64,000 bases of DNA from Cladosporium halotolerans (GCF_011745625.1 NW_027191454.1:868001-932000); one strand, 5' to 3'. Shown: positions 46,489-59,482, numbered from the stretch's first letter. Notes: generated by a model not told the origin, from the sequence alone. Translations and numbers: made by a program.

Positions 46489-47930
46489 AAGCGCCCGAGA
46501 CACGGCGGCGCGCTGCGTGCCCACGTCGTGCTGCCCATTATTAATTCCCACGCTGCACTCAGCAGTGTGCCTTTTGCCAACCTAATCTTAGCACTCGCAG
46601 CTCGCAGGCCGCCGTGATTCTCATTGCAGGACATCCGCCTCCCCAGTGCATTTGCGTGCTATTGTAATGCTGATCACCCCGATCGCCACCTCCACCCGCT
46701 GTACCCCAGTCCATCTGATCATCGCATTATTGTCGCCCCCTCGCCCAACCTCATCACACGCCAACGAGCCAATCGCAGTACCGCACTGGAAGAAAGTCAC
46801 AGACTCACTCGCTGGACCTCCAACGCGCCGCTGCCCAGCTAACAAGACAAGCACACTCACAGCGGCCCAGCAACGCCAACGGTGGCCAGCTCGACGAGCA
46901 AAACGGTCTCACACGCACCGCTCCCCCAGCCCGCGAGCTTCAGACCTGCCACCGGCAGTTTCTTCAAGACTCACACACACCGGTGTCGCATGGCCCAGCA
47001 CGTCGCAATCTCCCACATCCTGAGGTGCAGCACCCGAAGGGCAGGTGAGAAAGGGGACACCAATCTCTCGTCTCTTTGCGTCCTGCCATCAATTCCATCC
47101 CACCTCATCATCCCAGCCCGCCCGAAATGGCCGAGCCAGCCCTTGCCGAACTCCGAAACGACCCGGGCCTCGTAGCTCTGTTCTGTTCTGTTCAAATTTG
47201 CCCTTCATGCAGGCGTGCCCCAACCTCGCCCGGGATGGTGACTGGCGTCGCGCGTGGGCCCGTGTGTAGATTGCAGGGTTGTTCGGCCTACGTATGTGGA
47301 GGCGGGATATGTACTACATGTATGTACTGTACATCGTGGAGTACGGACGGTCAATCACGTACCGTGGTCATTGGCGATACCTGGGCGCGATACTTCCGTC
47401 ACATCAGAACCATCATGATGCGCAGCGCCGTGAAATCAACACGTCGCATTCGAGAGCCCTATGTAGGTGAGGTAGGTCTCTGCGGTGCCCACAACGTGTC
47501 GCTCGTACGACCAGACCAGACCAGACCAGCAAAATCAGCCCGTCCAGGCACCGTACGCGCTGAGCACAACCGCACGTAACACGGCGTCGAGACGAACCAG
47601 CGTTTCCAAACTCTGCATCACGCTGCAAGCCACACGGCCGAGAGAGCGTTGGCGGGTTGGCGATGCGGGAGTCTGAGACGTGCCAAAAATGCGCTGCAAG
47701 GCCAACCTTCGCTGTCTCGCCGCGGCGGCGCGAGGCTTGCTTTGGAGCTGAGACGTCATCTCAACTTCGACAAGGCAACGACGAAATGGCATAAGATCTA
47801 AATTTTTTGATTTGAATGCTGCGCTGGAACGGTATCGTAAAAAAAGGACCAAGTGGGTTTCCTCTCCCTTCCTTCCGCGTCCCATAAAGTAAAAAAATCC
47901 CAAAATCCCAAAATCCCAACATCATCCCCT

Positions 47931-49421
47931 TCACATGTCCATCATGGTATCGTCGCCGCCCACAGCCCCTCCAGCCTCAGGCTCAATCATCACACCCCGT
48001 CCCCTGCCCTCGAGCAGCTCCCTCCGCACCTCAGGCCCGATCTGCTTGTGCCCGCGCGCCAGCAGCAGATCCAGCAGCGCCTCGCGCTGGTCCTCCGTGA
48101 TCTCATTCTTGTAGCGCTGCGCGAACGCCAGCAGCGACTGGTGCCACAGGACCGGCAGGCCCTGGGACGCGGCGCCCTTCTTGTTGCCGAAGCCACCGCC
48201 GGCGCCGCCCATCGCCACGTCCTCCTGCAGCGCGCGGAAGCGCAGGAAGTGGAAGACTAGCGCGTCGATGACGCGGTACGGCAGCGCGTACTTCTTCTCC
48301 AGCAGCGTGCGGATGAGGATGTTGCACGCGCCCGCGCTCTCCACGTCCGACAGCATCTGCTCCGCGCCCATCTCGCACAGGCGGTAGAGAGCGGTCGCCG
48401 AGTGCAGCACGGGGATGCTGACCTTGGCCAGCACGGAGGCGACGATCTGCGCCTCGCGCAGCGTGCACAGCCCGCCGCCGACGAGCGGGAAGAGGAAGCC
48501 GCGGAAGAAGGCGGCGGGCTTGTAAAGCGCCTTCTTGAGCGCTTTGTACAGGTGCACGTTCAGCTTCTTCGTCTCGCGGATGTCTTCGCGGACTTTGGGC
48601 AGGAGGACGTCGCAGCAGAAGGCTTGCGCGACGGCGGGGCGGGAGGAGATGAAGAGTTTGGTCGCTTCGTAGGTGGCGTTGGCCGTCCAGCTGTCCGGGC
48701 GGGTGATGCTGAGGAGGATGTCCCATTGCGGGAGCGTGGGGAGGATCTTGAAGGGCTTGGGCAGCTTGCCGGACTTGTAACGGGAGAGCAGCATGCCGAT
48801 TTGTGTGTAGACTTCGACCACCTTGCCTGGCAGCTCGACTGCGTCTTCGGGGTCGCCGCCGCCTTGCACTTGCCGGGGGTCGGCGGGGCCTGCTTGTGCT
48901 TCGTGTGCGGCGATTTTCTCCAGAATCAGATCCGCCAGGTTGGTGCCGGGACCTGCGGCTTGTGAGTCGTCTCTCGGGTCCAGGAGTGTCGAGGGGTCGA
49001 AGGAGGGATTGAATTTGTCCCATGCTGCGAGATCCTCCGGGTCGATTTCCACCTCTTCGACAACCTCGTCGTCTGAGCCCCACGCTTCCTCATCGTCGTA
49101 TTCGCCGACTTCTGCGCCGCCCTGCTCCTCGTCATCCTCGGCCTCGACAGGGAATCTGCTTTCAAAAGCAAATGCCGGGTTGGGCTGTGCAGGCCGGCTG
49201 GCCTCTCGCTCCGCCTCGTCTTCCGCCGCCAGATCCTGTCCTAGCCGCAAGATGTTCTTCGACGCCTTCGAATCCACGAACCCCTCCTGCTTCTTCTCGC
49301 CGTCCTCTGACTTTCTCTTCTTCCCCGCCTTCTGCTTCAGCTCTGTCGGCGCATACTCCTCGCTAAGCGGGTTGTGTCTCCTCTCGCGCGCGGCGGAGTT
49401 TGGTCGTGAGGCCTTCGGCAT
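47931..49421 (-). CDS. ENP1: Bystin / pre-rRNA processing protein Enp1
   Basis: LLSRYKSGKLPKPFKILP, LNVHLYKALKKALYKPAAFF, SIPVLHS, EKKYALPY, PVLWHQSLLAFAQRYK. Confidence 0.96.
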   Translation of the reverse strand: MPKASRPNSAARERRHNPLSEEYAPTELKQKAGKKRKSEDGEKKQEGFVDSKASKNILRLGQDLAAEDEAEREASRPAQPNPAFAFESRFPVEAEDDEEQGGAEVGEYDDEEAWGSDDEVVEEVEIDPEDLAAWDKFNPSFDPSTLLDPRDDSQAAGPGTNLADLILEKIAAHEAQAGPADPRQVQGGGDPEDAVELPGKVVEVYTQIGMLLSRYKSGKLPKPFKILPTLPQWDILLSITRPDSWTANATYEATKLFISSRPAVAQAFCCDVLLPKVREDIRETKKLNVHLYKALKKALYKPAAFFRGFLFPLVGGGLCTLREAQIVASVLAKVSIPVLHSATALYRLCEMGAEQMLSDVESAGACNILIRTLLEKKYALPYRVIDALVFHFLRFRALQEDVAMGGAGGGFGNKKGAASQGLPVLWHQSLLAFAQRYKNEITEDQREALLDLLLARGHKQIGPEVRRELLEGRGRGVMIEPEAGGAVGGDDTMMDM

Positions 49422-49723
49422 AATTGTGGTGTAATGTGAAGTGTTGTCCGAGCGAGGTTCTTCGGCAGTTTGCACGCTGCGCGGGACTCTTATTCCGGTC
49501 GTCTCCAAAAGAGAAATTCTGGCTTTGCCGGCAGGGTTTCGTTATCGATAAGCCGCCAGAAGACAGGGTTGGGCCCGAAAGCCGCTGCCGCCGCCGGCCC
49601 TGCAGTTCGTGGAGGTCGCGTCTCTCAAGCTCCAGGAAATCCCACGCGACGTCGATCTGGAAACATCAGACTGCTTTTCCTTGTCTTTTTGGAAATTGCT
49701 TCGCACAACGACCCGCCACGACC

Positions 49724-51556
49724 ATGGACGAATCTATTGCGCCTATAGAGGCGGCGCCAATTGATGCAGCGACCCCAGCGGACAATGCTCCAGCGACGCA
49801 GACGACCGCATCGCCAGCTCCAGCACCCGCACCTGCACCTGCACCAGCTCCTCCACGCCCCGCCTCGAAGACACCCGCACCTCCTCCCGTACAACGCGAG
49901 CAACGCGAAAAGAAGGATTCTCTCAAGAAGCGCGAGTCCGCCGCGCCGGCAGCCCCGTCTGCGGCCACCTCTTCATCTCTCGGCAAGCGCAAGGCCCACC
50001 AGGTCCATGCCTACCCCTCACCACAACGATTCAACATTCCCCCACCGCGCGCTCAGGACTTCGAAGCGCCGAAAGACGACATGATGGCTGAGCACGAGCC
50101 GAACCAATTTTGGGTGCCCGGGGAAAACAGGCAGCTGTACAAACCGCTCGACCTCGCGGAGAACAAACGCGGCTACCGGTACCAGCGTGCGATCGCGGAT
50201 CCGACTTTCACGCACAAGCAGTACTATCGCAGCACCAGCCCAGCGCCGCATGGTGCGCGGCTCAGCTTTGAGGATGCGGATCGCTGGATGCATTTCACGA
50301 CGAATGCGCTTACGACGAGCAATGAGAAGGGTTGGCGGATGGTGAGGGCGAACGTGTGCGCGCGGGAGGGGACGTTGTATTATGAGGTGAAGGTTCGCAG
50401 GGGAGTACCGCCTGAGGGACCGGTTCAGGACCCCGATGGTCCGCAGCCGTTTGTGCGATTTGGATGGGCACGACGAGAGGCGCCGCTTGATGCGCCGGTT
50501 GGGTTTGACGGGTACAGCTACGGCATCACAGATATGCGGTTCGAGACAATGCACCGCTCTCGTCCGGGCAAGTTCTTCACACCGAAAGCGAAGGCCGCCA
50601 AATCAAAGGCCAAAACGGCCGGAGCAGGACCGACACCTATAACCCTTGCGCCGGAAGACCAGCACGTCAAGGAAGGAGACGTGATCGGAATGGAAATCCA
50701 GCTCCCCTCGCTCTCCCTACAGCAAAAGATCGTCTCCGGCGTCTACAACCCCGCCGTCGACATCGGCGACGGTTTCACAGACACCAACGCCCCGCCCGTG
50801 CCCGGCCCCGACGAGCAAATCCCCGACATCATCCGCGACCGCATCCCCGTTGCCTACAAAGGCAACTCCTACTTCGAGATACTCGACCACGTCGCCACGC
50901 GGCCCATGGAAGTCTACGCCGACCGCACAACCAACATCGCCACCCTCGCCTCGCACCCCGGCGCCACCGCCGGCTCCGGCAAGGACGCCATCCGCCAGCC
51001 GCCGAACCCCAACCACGAGCACGCGCCGCTGCGCACGCTGCCGCACTCCGCCATCCGCGTCTACAAGAACGGCAAGCTCGTCGGCACCGCTTTCGACAAC
51101 CTCCTCGCCTTCCTCCCGCCCGCCAGCCAGCCGAGCAAACAGCAGGGCGCGCGCGACGGCGCCTTCGACGACGGCGTTACGGGCTACTTCCCCGCCGTCT
51201 CGTGCTTCTGGGGCGGCACCGCGGAGGTCAATTTCGGCGACGGCAAGGACGGCTTCTGGGCGCCGCCCGCGCACTTGCGCAGCACCAAAGTCCCCGTTTC
51301 GACGAGCGAGCACGCAGACCGCTCCCAAGACGTCGAGATGCGCGACGCGCCGGACGGCAGTGCTGCGCGCAGCGGCTGGCGCCCGGGCAAGGAGTGCCGG
51401 CCCGTCGGCGAGCGGTACAAGGAGCAGGTCGCCGAGGACGTCGTGTACGATGTCGTCGACGAGGTCGACTTCTTCGTCCAGGACGGCGGGTACGGGGGCA
51501 AAGCGGGCCAGGGGCAGGGCGGCGGGCGCGCGGCGAGCAGGTTGAAAGAGGAGTGA
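49724..51556 (+). CDS. BRE2: COMPASS (Set1C) subunit Bre2/Ash2, SPRY domain
   Basis: NKRGYRY, KGWRMVRANVCAREG, YYEVKV, RFGWARREAPLDAPVGFDGYSYG, IIRDRIP, YFPAVS, ERYKEQVAEDVVYD. Confidence 0.93.
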   Translation: MDESIAPIEAAPIDAATPADNAPATQTTASPAPAPAPAPAPAPPRPASKTPAPPPVQREQREKKDSLKKRESAAPAAPSAATSSSLGKRKAHQVHAYPSPQRFNIPPPRAQDFEAPKDDMMAEHEPNQFWVPGENRQLYKPLDLAENKRGYRYQRAIADPTFTHKQYYRSTSPAPHGARLSFEDADRWMHFTTNALTTSNEKGWRMVRANVCAREGTLYYEVKVRRGVPPEGPVQDPDGPQPFVRFGWARREAPLDAPVGFDGYSYGITDMRFETMHRSRPGKFFTPKAKAAKSKAKTAGAGPTPITLAPEDQHVKEGDVIGMEIQLPSLSLQQKIVSGVYNPAVDIGDGFTDTNAPPVPGPDEQIPDIIRDRIPVAYKGNSYFEILDHVATRPMEVYADRTTNIATLASHPGATAGSGKDAIRQPPNPNHEHAPLRTLPHSAIRVYKNGKLVGTAFDNLLAFLPPASQPSKQQGARDGAFDDGVTGYFPAVSCFWGGTAEVNFGDGKDGFWAPPAHLRSTKVPVSTSEHADRSQDVEMRDAPDGSAARSGWRPGKECRPVGERYKEQVAEDVVYDVVDEVDFFVQDGGYGGKAGQGQGGGRAASRLKEE

Positions 51557-51739
51557 GTGAGGTCGATCCCAGCTCCGAAAGCTAGGTAGCCAACGACCAT
51601 TGCAGACCAAACACGAAAATGGCACGACACGCAGATCTCTCGTCCTAACGGAAATTTGAATTTCACGCAATCTATCTGTCTCGTCTCTCATATCATAAGG
51701 CATCCCTTCATTAGCCTCCCTCCCTTCCCAAAAGCACTT

Positions 51740-52049
51740 CTACCGCAAAAACCCAGGCACAAGCCTGTGCCCGAACAGCCGCCTCATCATGCGCCCGTGC
51801 CGCGCCTGCTTGTCGACCCGCTCCATCACGGCGCGCTGCTGCCGCGAAATCCGCGGCGTGTCCCAGCCCGGCGAGCGCGCTGCTGTCGCTACTGCGCGTG
51901 TTTTGGGCAGCATGCTGGCTGTGGAGCTGGAGCGGAGGGAGAGGGCTGTTGGCTGGGTGGTTAGGTGTCGGGGTTTTAGGTTGATTGGGGTTTGTGAGGG
52001 AGGAGAGGAGAGGGGACGCACTGTTGTCTGCTATGTAGGAGCGGGGCAT
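51740..52049 (-). CDS. Putative 77-aa basic microprotein; exons 52049-52022, 51945-51740
   Basis: CACAATCATG start, GTGCGT donor, CCTAAC branch site, CAG acceptor; gives MPRSYIADNTLSLRSSSTASMLPKT...RRLFGHRLVPGFLR*. No family recognised. Confidence 0.5.
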
Positions 52050-53276
52050 GATTGTGGTTGTGGTGGGAGGTGGGAGGTGAGGTGAGGTTGAGTGGCGGTG
52101 GAGGAGTGGCGGTGTTTGTTTGGTTTGGATTTGGCTTTGTTCGGTGGTCGTGAGGCTGTGGGAAGACGGGGTTGGGTGGTGGGTTTTGCACGCGGAGAGT
52201 AGGGATGAGGAGCAAGCGGTTTGTAGCCCGCGGTGATTTCCTGGTATGGAAGCAAACGATAGAGATGTGTGTGTATGTACAGTACAGTCCCACAAGAACC
52301 CCAGCCCGCCAACAAGGCGCCCACCCAGCCCTACCACCTATGTACCTCCTTCCGACCGCCAGCGAACCGACCCTTTGACGTACTGTAGCGAGAGACACGG
52401 CCGGACACGCGTGGCGCATGCGATACCGAAACGGAGAACCATTCTTGGCCCGCCTCTTGGAACTTGGAAGCAAGCGACGCAGCTGAGAGGGCCTGCACGC
52501 AAGCGCGCGGCGCGCAGACTAAGGTAGCAGCATGCGTGTCTTGCCGCCAGGCCGGCTGGATGCTGTTCGCAAGCGAAGTGCACTGGCTTGCTAACGGTCC
52601 ACGCTTCTCGTCTGTCTGCATTGCAGCCTGCAGGCGTTCGGAGGGGACGACGATAATCGCGGAGGCCGAGGTATCGGGATATGGTGGGCACGGCATGGCA
52701 TGCGTGTCTTGCCAATGCTTGCTGGAAGCCCCGCTGTGACCTTGGCGGCGCATATGTCGCTCGTGGCGATATGATTCCGGATGGTTCGTTTTATGGACTG
52801 GACAGGTTCGAAGGATACTGTGTGTATGTAGTGCCTGTATTCGCGAGGGTACCGATTGGCTATTGTAAGCGCGTAAGAAAGAGGATGCCGGTTTCTTGAC
52901 TTCTTTTGTCAGAGACAGCCGGTCTTCGTCTCAAGATCATTCAGAGTGAAAATCAAAGTGTCAAATGTTCGTGAAGAATGGCAGAGTAGGGTATTTCGAA
53001 ACAGTTGCAAATACGATCAAAACTCCCAGGTTGCGCAAGTAAAGGCGGCCAGTGGATCTGAAGCAAAAATGCAAAAGTATGCTAGTCATTGGTAACATGA
53101 TGCTCTAATACATGCGACCTGGCCGTGCCCTTGCCGATCCGTCGTGAGAAGAAGATGAGAACTCCGGTCTAAGTAATGCACCATATCGCTGTCCCAGTCC
53201 CCTGCTTCCAGAGAAGAAACGCCAACATCAAACCATGCAAAGATCGAACACGGGAATCTCAAAACGCAGGCCGACT

Positions 53277-54823
53277 CTACGCCTGACTCTCCAACTGCAG
53301 GTTCCCCACCGAACACCAATTCTTAATCGGCAAGCACGACAAATGCTTACACCACGAACATCCCGTCCTCCACTGATAGAAATTCTTCAGCAGCAGGATA
53401 AACCCCACCAGAGCGCCCAGCAGCGCTGCCGCGCGAACGATCCACCAAACCCACCACACGCCGCGGCGGTTCTGGAAAAACGCCAGCGGCTGCTTCACAA
53501 ACCCGCGCACGCCCGCGCCCGCGTCGTACCTGCTGCGAGCTGTGAAATCGGCCGACGTGCGGCGGGAGACGGCGGCGGGGGAGCGCAGGATGCAGATTCC
53601 CAGCACGAGTCCCATGAGGAAGCCGCCGATGTGGGAGAAGTTGTCGAGGCCGGGCAGGAGGCCGAGGACGAAGGCGATGATGACGTCGATGGCGATGAAG
53701 AGGAGGTCTTTGAGGGGCGAGGCGCGGCTGGTCCAGTGGTAGAGGAGGTCGAGGAGGGTTATGGCGAGGATGCCGAAGAGGCTGCCGGAGGCGCCGGTGG
53801 ATGCGATGCCCGTGGCCGCGAAGTTGCCGCCGAGCACGAACCCGAAGATACCGGCCGCCATATAGACGAGGAAAAAGCGGACGGAGCCGATGAGCTTCTC
53901 GACGTCACGGCCGAGGGTGAGCTGGAGGAGGAGGTTGAAGGCGATGTGGATGATGCCGCCGTGTAAGAAGATCGGGATGATGAAGCGCCACCATTGGTTT
54001 GGCGCGGGACTGTTGGGGAGCGGGGCGCCGGCGGGAAGGTCTGAGAAGAGGACTTCAGGTACGCCGCCGAAACCGCAGAGCTGACTCAAAGTGCATTGGT
54101 TATCGCTTTCGTCTAGCGAGGTCGTGCCAGGACAAGGCCAGTGTACCGGGGGATTCTTCGCGTTTTGCACGCCTTCCATGTTGTGCATGCAGGGTTGATA
54201 TCGCGCGCCCATGTTGATGTAAAGATACGGCGAAGGTCCAATCATAGGATTGAAAGAAGGCTTGATCTGAATCGGCGTCCCCGTGAGCATGCCTGTTGCG
54301 AACGAATCGTCAGCCCCAAACCCTCTCACCTCCAAAAGGATCCCCTCCCCGGAAAACACTCACCATACTTAATCACCTCCGCCAAAAACACAATCAGCTG
54401 CACCGAGCTCATAAAGAAACACACCCACGTGATCTTCCCCCGAAACCACCCGTCATCTTCCTCCCTCTCCTCACCGCGCCTCCTCCTCTTCCCAGGTTTC
54501 GCATCCCTCACAAAAGCATCGTCGTCCGGATGCTGCGGTGGCAGAATCGGCACCACGCTGTGCATCGACCCATGCTTCCTCTCCCGCTCCCTCTCACCCA
54601 GCGGTATCGCGTCCCGATCCTCGTAGGGGTCCGAGTCGTAGCGCGAGGACTGCGCGCCGGCGCTGGGTTGGCGGTAGGGGTCTGCGAAGGGCGGCGGCGA
54701 GGGGTCGTAGGGGAGGGGAGGCAGCGGGGCGTCGGCGCGGCGGTCGTGATCGTGGTAGGCGTTGGCGTAGGAGGTTTGTGGCGGGTCGGAGTAGGCGTTT
54801 GTGTAGTAGTTGTGAGAGGACAT
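53277..54823 (-). CDS. Rhomboid family intramembrane serine protease; exons 54823-54364, 54292-53277
   Basis: FNPMIGPS, QWWRFIIPIFLHGGIIHIAFN, TGASGSLFG (catalytic Ser), DNFSHIGG (catalytic His). Confidence 0.93.
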
Positions 54824-55861
54824 TGTTGCGGGCGCTGATGGGGGATGGGCAAGTTGGATGTGCGGCGCGTAGCTGGGTAGCTAGCGGTTGTGGGTGATGG
54901 GTATGCTTTGTATGACCAGTCGAGAGTGGGAGGGAGAATTTAGTCCTGTGTTTCCTTTGCCTGGCCGGGTGTGGTGGGCGTTGTGTAGATTCGTGTAGGT
55001 GAAACAAGCGAGTGACGTGAGGCGCGCGCTCCAAGCTCGGGAGAGACGTGAAGATGAATCCGCCTGCGGCCAGCGCTGAGAGATCCGGAGGATAGGTCGA
55101 AAGTGTAGGTGGTAAGGTCTATGTGAGACTTGATCGAAGTGAGGACAATGTTCCGGATGGGAGCAGCGGTAGTGTAAAGGAAAAGCAGAGCAACGCAGCA
55201 GCGTCCCAAGCAAGCTTAGGTGCACCACGCAATGCCCGAGTGGCTGAAGCGCGCAGGCCGACGCGGCATGTGAGAGGCTTACGTGCAGACGCTCGTCGAC
55301 CCACTGTACCTTAACTTATTTTGGATCGCCAGGGGAAAAAATAGGCTCGCGGTCACGAGCACTTAAGTAGCATCATCGACATATCTATAGAAAAAAGACC
55401 TCTAGCGCTTCGTCTTCAGCGCCAACGCTGACGAAACGGGCGCAGAAGCACTACAGCCCTACTCTAGTGGGAATTTGCAGATCTTCTTCTATTGGTACCA
55501 CTAACGCTACACACTACAAGCTCTTCAATGAAGCCCAGCTACTGCTCTCTAGCCAGCCTCATTCACAGTCCCATATACTGTAACCAAACAAAATAACAAC
55601 AAAAAGGCCAGTCCCTCGTACAGTACACTCAGACACACAACAAAGGCCTTTCCAACTCGTCCTCGCGAGAAAATCAAACGCCAGGTGTTGTTGTTTCCTC
55701 GGGCTCTCTATAATATCACACAAAGGAAGGTCGGTGAGGTGAATTTTATCACTCTCTATCCCCACCTGCAGAGGTTACTTGTCTCTGCTTCAACATGAGC
55801 TCCCATGTTCGTTAGTTAAGGGGTTTGGGAGCACATGCGTTTATGGTATCGCGCGAATGGT

Positions 55862-57756
55862 TTACTCGCGGGAGACGTCGCGGCCGAAGATGTACGACTT
55901 CATCCAGTCCATGAAGACGAGGACACGGTTGCGAGCTGGAGGCAAGAGTTAGCATGGTACAGTATGAACACTGCATTTCATGAATTAGACTCACTGCTGA
56001 AGCACATGCTCAGGTAGGCAGAGCGCCAGAAGAAGTAAGTCAGCTGGCCACCAGTGGCAAGGTTGCCAGTCAACCAGCTGATGTCGGCAACGGCCTTCTC
56101 AGATCCAATGTAAGCGAGCGAGCCCTGGTGAGAGTACTCGAAAGGACCCATCTGCTTGACGCGGCGCAGGCGCTTCTGCACGTCCTTGATCTGGGCGAAG
56201 ACCTCGTCGCGGGAGTCCTTGTTGGGCGCAGTGCCCTGCTTCTCGGAGAGAGTGGCGAGCTCGGTCTCGAACTCCTCGGTCTTGGCCATCTGGTTGAAGA
56301 GGCGGGCGAGGAAGGCGCCTTCCTGCGCGGCGACCTGGGCGGTGGGAGCGTAGTTGGCGACGGCGCAGTCGCCGACGGCCCAGACGTTCTCGGTGCCCTT
56401 GACGACCAGGTATTCGTTGACGGCGAGACCGCGGCGAGAGTCCTTCTGGGCGGGGATCTGGCCCATCAGGTCGCGGACGACCGGGCGGACAGCGTTACCA
56501 GTGGCCCAGACAAGAAGACCGTAGGGGATGCGCTCGAGGACCTTCTCGCCGGCGGCGTTGGTGTACTCGGCCTCGATGTATTGCTCAGTGACGTTCTTGA
56601 CCATGGTCTTGTTGCGGATCTCGATGGTCTCCTCCTTGAAGGTCTGCTCGGTGTAGTCGATCAGGTTCTTGGAGAACATAGGCAGGACGGAAGGCAGGGC
56701 CTCGACAAGGGTAACACGGAAGTTGCTGGCAATCTCGGGAATCCATTTCTTGAGGTCGTTCTCGAAGAAGTCCTGGAGCTCACCGGCGAACTCGACACCG
56801 GTAGGGCCACCGCCGACAACGACCATATGCAGTAGACGCTTGACTTCCTCAGGAGACTGGTCTTTGAAGGTGGCGGTCTCGCAGCAGTCCATGATGCGCT
56901 TGCGGATGCGCTGCGCGTCGTTGACCTCCTTCAAGAAGCAGCCGTGCTCCTTAACACCAGGGATACCGAAAGTAGCGTTCTCAGCGCCGACGCCGACGAC
57001 AAGCATGTCGAACGGAACCTCGGTCTGGGAGACAGCACCCTTGATCTCAGAGTCGTCGTTGATGTAGATAACCTTCTTCTCATAGTCGATCTTGGTGGCC
57101 TCGGCTTCGTAGAACTTGACGGCGGCGCCCTTGTGACGGAGGAAGTTGCGGATCGGTTCCATGATGCTACGGTGCTCGATGGTGCCGGTGGTGCAGGACG
57201 GGAGGAGAGGCGTGAACAGGAAGTAGTTGCGGGGAGAGATGACGACGACATTGTAGTTTTCCGTATCGAGTTTCTTGAGGAGAGAGACAGAGCCCCAGCC
57301 AGTGCCTGTGGTTGAAACAAATCATCAGCAACCGCTCGCGCAAACCAATGGATCGTCGAGCACATCGAACTCACCGAGGACGACGAGAGTCTTCTTGCTA
57401 GGGTCCGGCTCCGGCTGCTCGACCGGGTTGCGGTTGAGGTAAATGCCGTACGCGGTCCAGCCCAGAAGGCCGATCGCGCTCATGTAGGTGAGCCTCCAGG
57501 TCCAGCGCAGCACGCCCGCCCGCTTCTTCTTCTTGGGCAGCTCCTTGACCGGCGCCTGGTCGGCGTATCCCCTCCTGCAGGCGTCGACGATGCTCTTGCG
57601 CTGCTCGCGCGCCGCGGACAGCACGCCGGCACGCTGCTTGGCCACGGCGCCGAAAGCTCTCTGTTGCTGGACAACCTGCCGGCTGGCGGCGGAAGCAGAC
57701 AATTGCGCGACGGGCCTGAGGGCCATCGCGGTCGGCATGCGCACCACGGCCGCCAT
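55862..57756 (-). CDS. NDE1: Mitochondrial external alternative (type II) NADH dehydrogenase; exons 57756-57375, 57305-55995, 55935-55862
   Basis: Presequence; LVVLG|TGWG, SPRNYFLFTPLLPSC, VVVGGGPTGVEFAGEL, WAVGDC, PTAQVAAQEG, YSHQGSLAYIG, FGRDVSRE*. Confidence 0.95.
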
Positions 57757-57936
57757 GGTGACTCTGCGCGACAGAATGAAAGAAATGGGAGAGGAGGTGT
57801 GGTTGGGGGGATCGGGTTGAGAGGTGTCTCGCGACAGCTGCGCTGCTCCCTTGGGGGAAAAAGAAGCAGCTCTAGCGCGAGTTGCTGACTTGCGCGATAG
57901 CGTCACTGAGACTCGCCCCTGCTAAATTTTGGGGAG

Positions 57937-57946
57937 GGCCAATCAC
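57937..57946. promoter_or_regulatory. CCAAT box (possible Hap/CBC site) upstream of the NADH dehydrogenase gene
   Basis: GGCCAATCAC about 180 nt upstream of the ATG of a respiratory gene; short motif, so weak evidence. Confidence 0.3.
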
Positions 57947-58705
57947 CCAAATTCTGTCCCTATCGGCCCGCCCGCCGCCGTTCAACGAGACGGCGCGCGT
58001 CAGCAAGGCAGAGGGCGCTGGAATTCGAGCACTCGCGCGCGGAGGCTAGGAGGTCTCTAGCTGACCTGCCCGTGCCGCTATCCTGATAACGGTGTTTCGT
58101 GCTGTCTTTGCGATATGAAGCGCCTTTCGACATCCTTTAGCCTAAAGCTGACAGCCCACCGCAACTGACTTTCTTGCCGCCATGTGGAGGAGATCGTGTT
58201 CACCGTTGCTGCCGCTGTCGGTCCGGAGCCAGAAATAAGCACGGGGAATATAGTTGAAGCGAAAAGGAAAGTGTATGGCGCGGCGGGCCCGTCTTTGATG
58301 GGTGGGAAACACATTTGAGATTCAGACTTCATTACTTGATTACAGAGTGGGTTACAACAGCTCGAAAGTCGTCCGATGACAAGCAGTTTTCAACCCTCAC
58401 ACCTTCACTCGTCCAAATTGCCCTCCTCCAAAAAGGACCACTTACAGCTTACACAAAAGCGAATTCCACCACACGTACAAAAAAGAAAAGAGAAAAGAAA
58501 AGCAGCGCTCAGCGCAGTCTGCTCGTATTCGAACAGTAATCCTCCAGACAAGGGAAGTAAACACAAAGGAAGAAGGAAGTGCAAAAGAAAAACGATGCCA
58601 CATGTAGGCATTTTGGGTATCTTCGAAAGCGCCACCCTCGCAAGGTGGGCCGTACGTTCCGCGTCATGAACTGCAAGAAAAACAACAAACAACATCGAAT
58701 CCGGC

Positions 58706-59482
58706 CTACCACTGCGCCAGGCACGCAGCGACAGCAGCTCCCAGAACGAGCGTCAGAGCCGACGAGGTCGTCGCTGATGCGCCAGAGAACTCGTTGCCCG
58801 CTGCGTCGAACGGGCTGCCGCCACCGCTGTGGCCTGAGGTCTCGGTTTCCTCGCTGCCGGCGCCGGTCGCGGTGAGGCTGGGCGGCATGCTGGGCGCCTC
58901 GAAGATTTGCGAGGATTGCGTGGTGGTGGAGGCGGCTTCTGATGTCGGGCTGCTTTCTGCGGTTGTCGAGGTGGTAGGCTCGGGCGACGAGCTGGTGTCC
59001 ATCAGAATGCTGGTCGGGACGTCGGTCAAGCTTGCTGTGCTCGTGCTCTCAGCAACAGTCGGCGATTCCGTGGTCGAAGGGGTCGAAGAAGTAGTCGTCT
59101 GAGCCTCCGTTTTGGCTTCCTCGGAACTCGTGGGCGGTGGCGACTTGCTCAACACCTCGTTCGCATTCTCGCACAAGCCCTGCGGTCCCTGGTCCGCGAG
59201 GAAGAGTTTCAAGATATTCGATTCGCCGCCCCTGTCTTGCAGCCCTTCGCTCCCGCAGGCGTCTTTCACGGATTTTGTCATTGAATGCAGGCCTCGCACG
59301 CAGGACTCGCTGCAGGTCTTTTGCGTGAAGTCCGTGGGTGAGCAGTCGGGCACGGCTTGTTGGTAGACTTTGCGGCAGCCGCCTGAGACGTCGGTGACGC
59401 GAGGGACGAAGTCGGCGAGGGAGACGGCTTGCGCCAATGCCGGGAGCGCGAGGAGCGCGATGGGGGTTTTGTTGATGCGCAT
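58706..59482 (-). CDS. Secreted, probably GPI-anchored Ser/Thr-rich protein with an N-terminal Cys-rich domain
   Basis: Signal peptide, 6-Cys domain, S/T-rich stalk, SGGGSPFD motif, hydrophobic C-terminus. Confidence 0.85.
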   Translation of the reverse strand: MRINKTPIALLALPALAQAVSLADFVPRVTDVSGGCRKVYQQAVPDCSPTDFTQKTCSESCVRGLHSMTKSVKDACGSEGLQDRGGESNILKLFLADQGPQGLCENANEVLSKSPPPTSSEEAKTEAQTTTSSTPSTTESPTVAESTSTASLTDVPTSILMDTSSSPEPTTSTTAESSPTSEAASTTTQSSQIFEAPSMPPSLTATGAGSEETETSGHSGGGSPFDAAGNEFSGASATTSSALTLVLGAAVAACLAQW

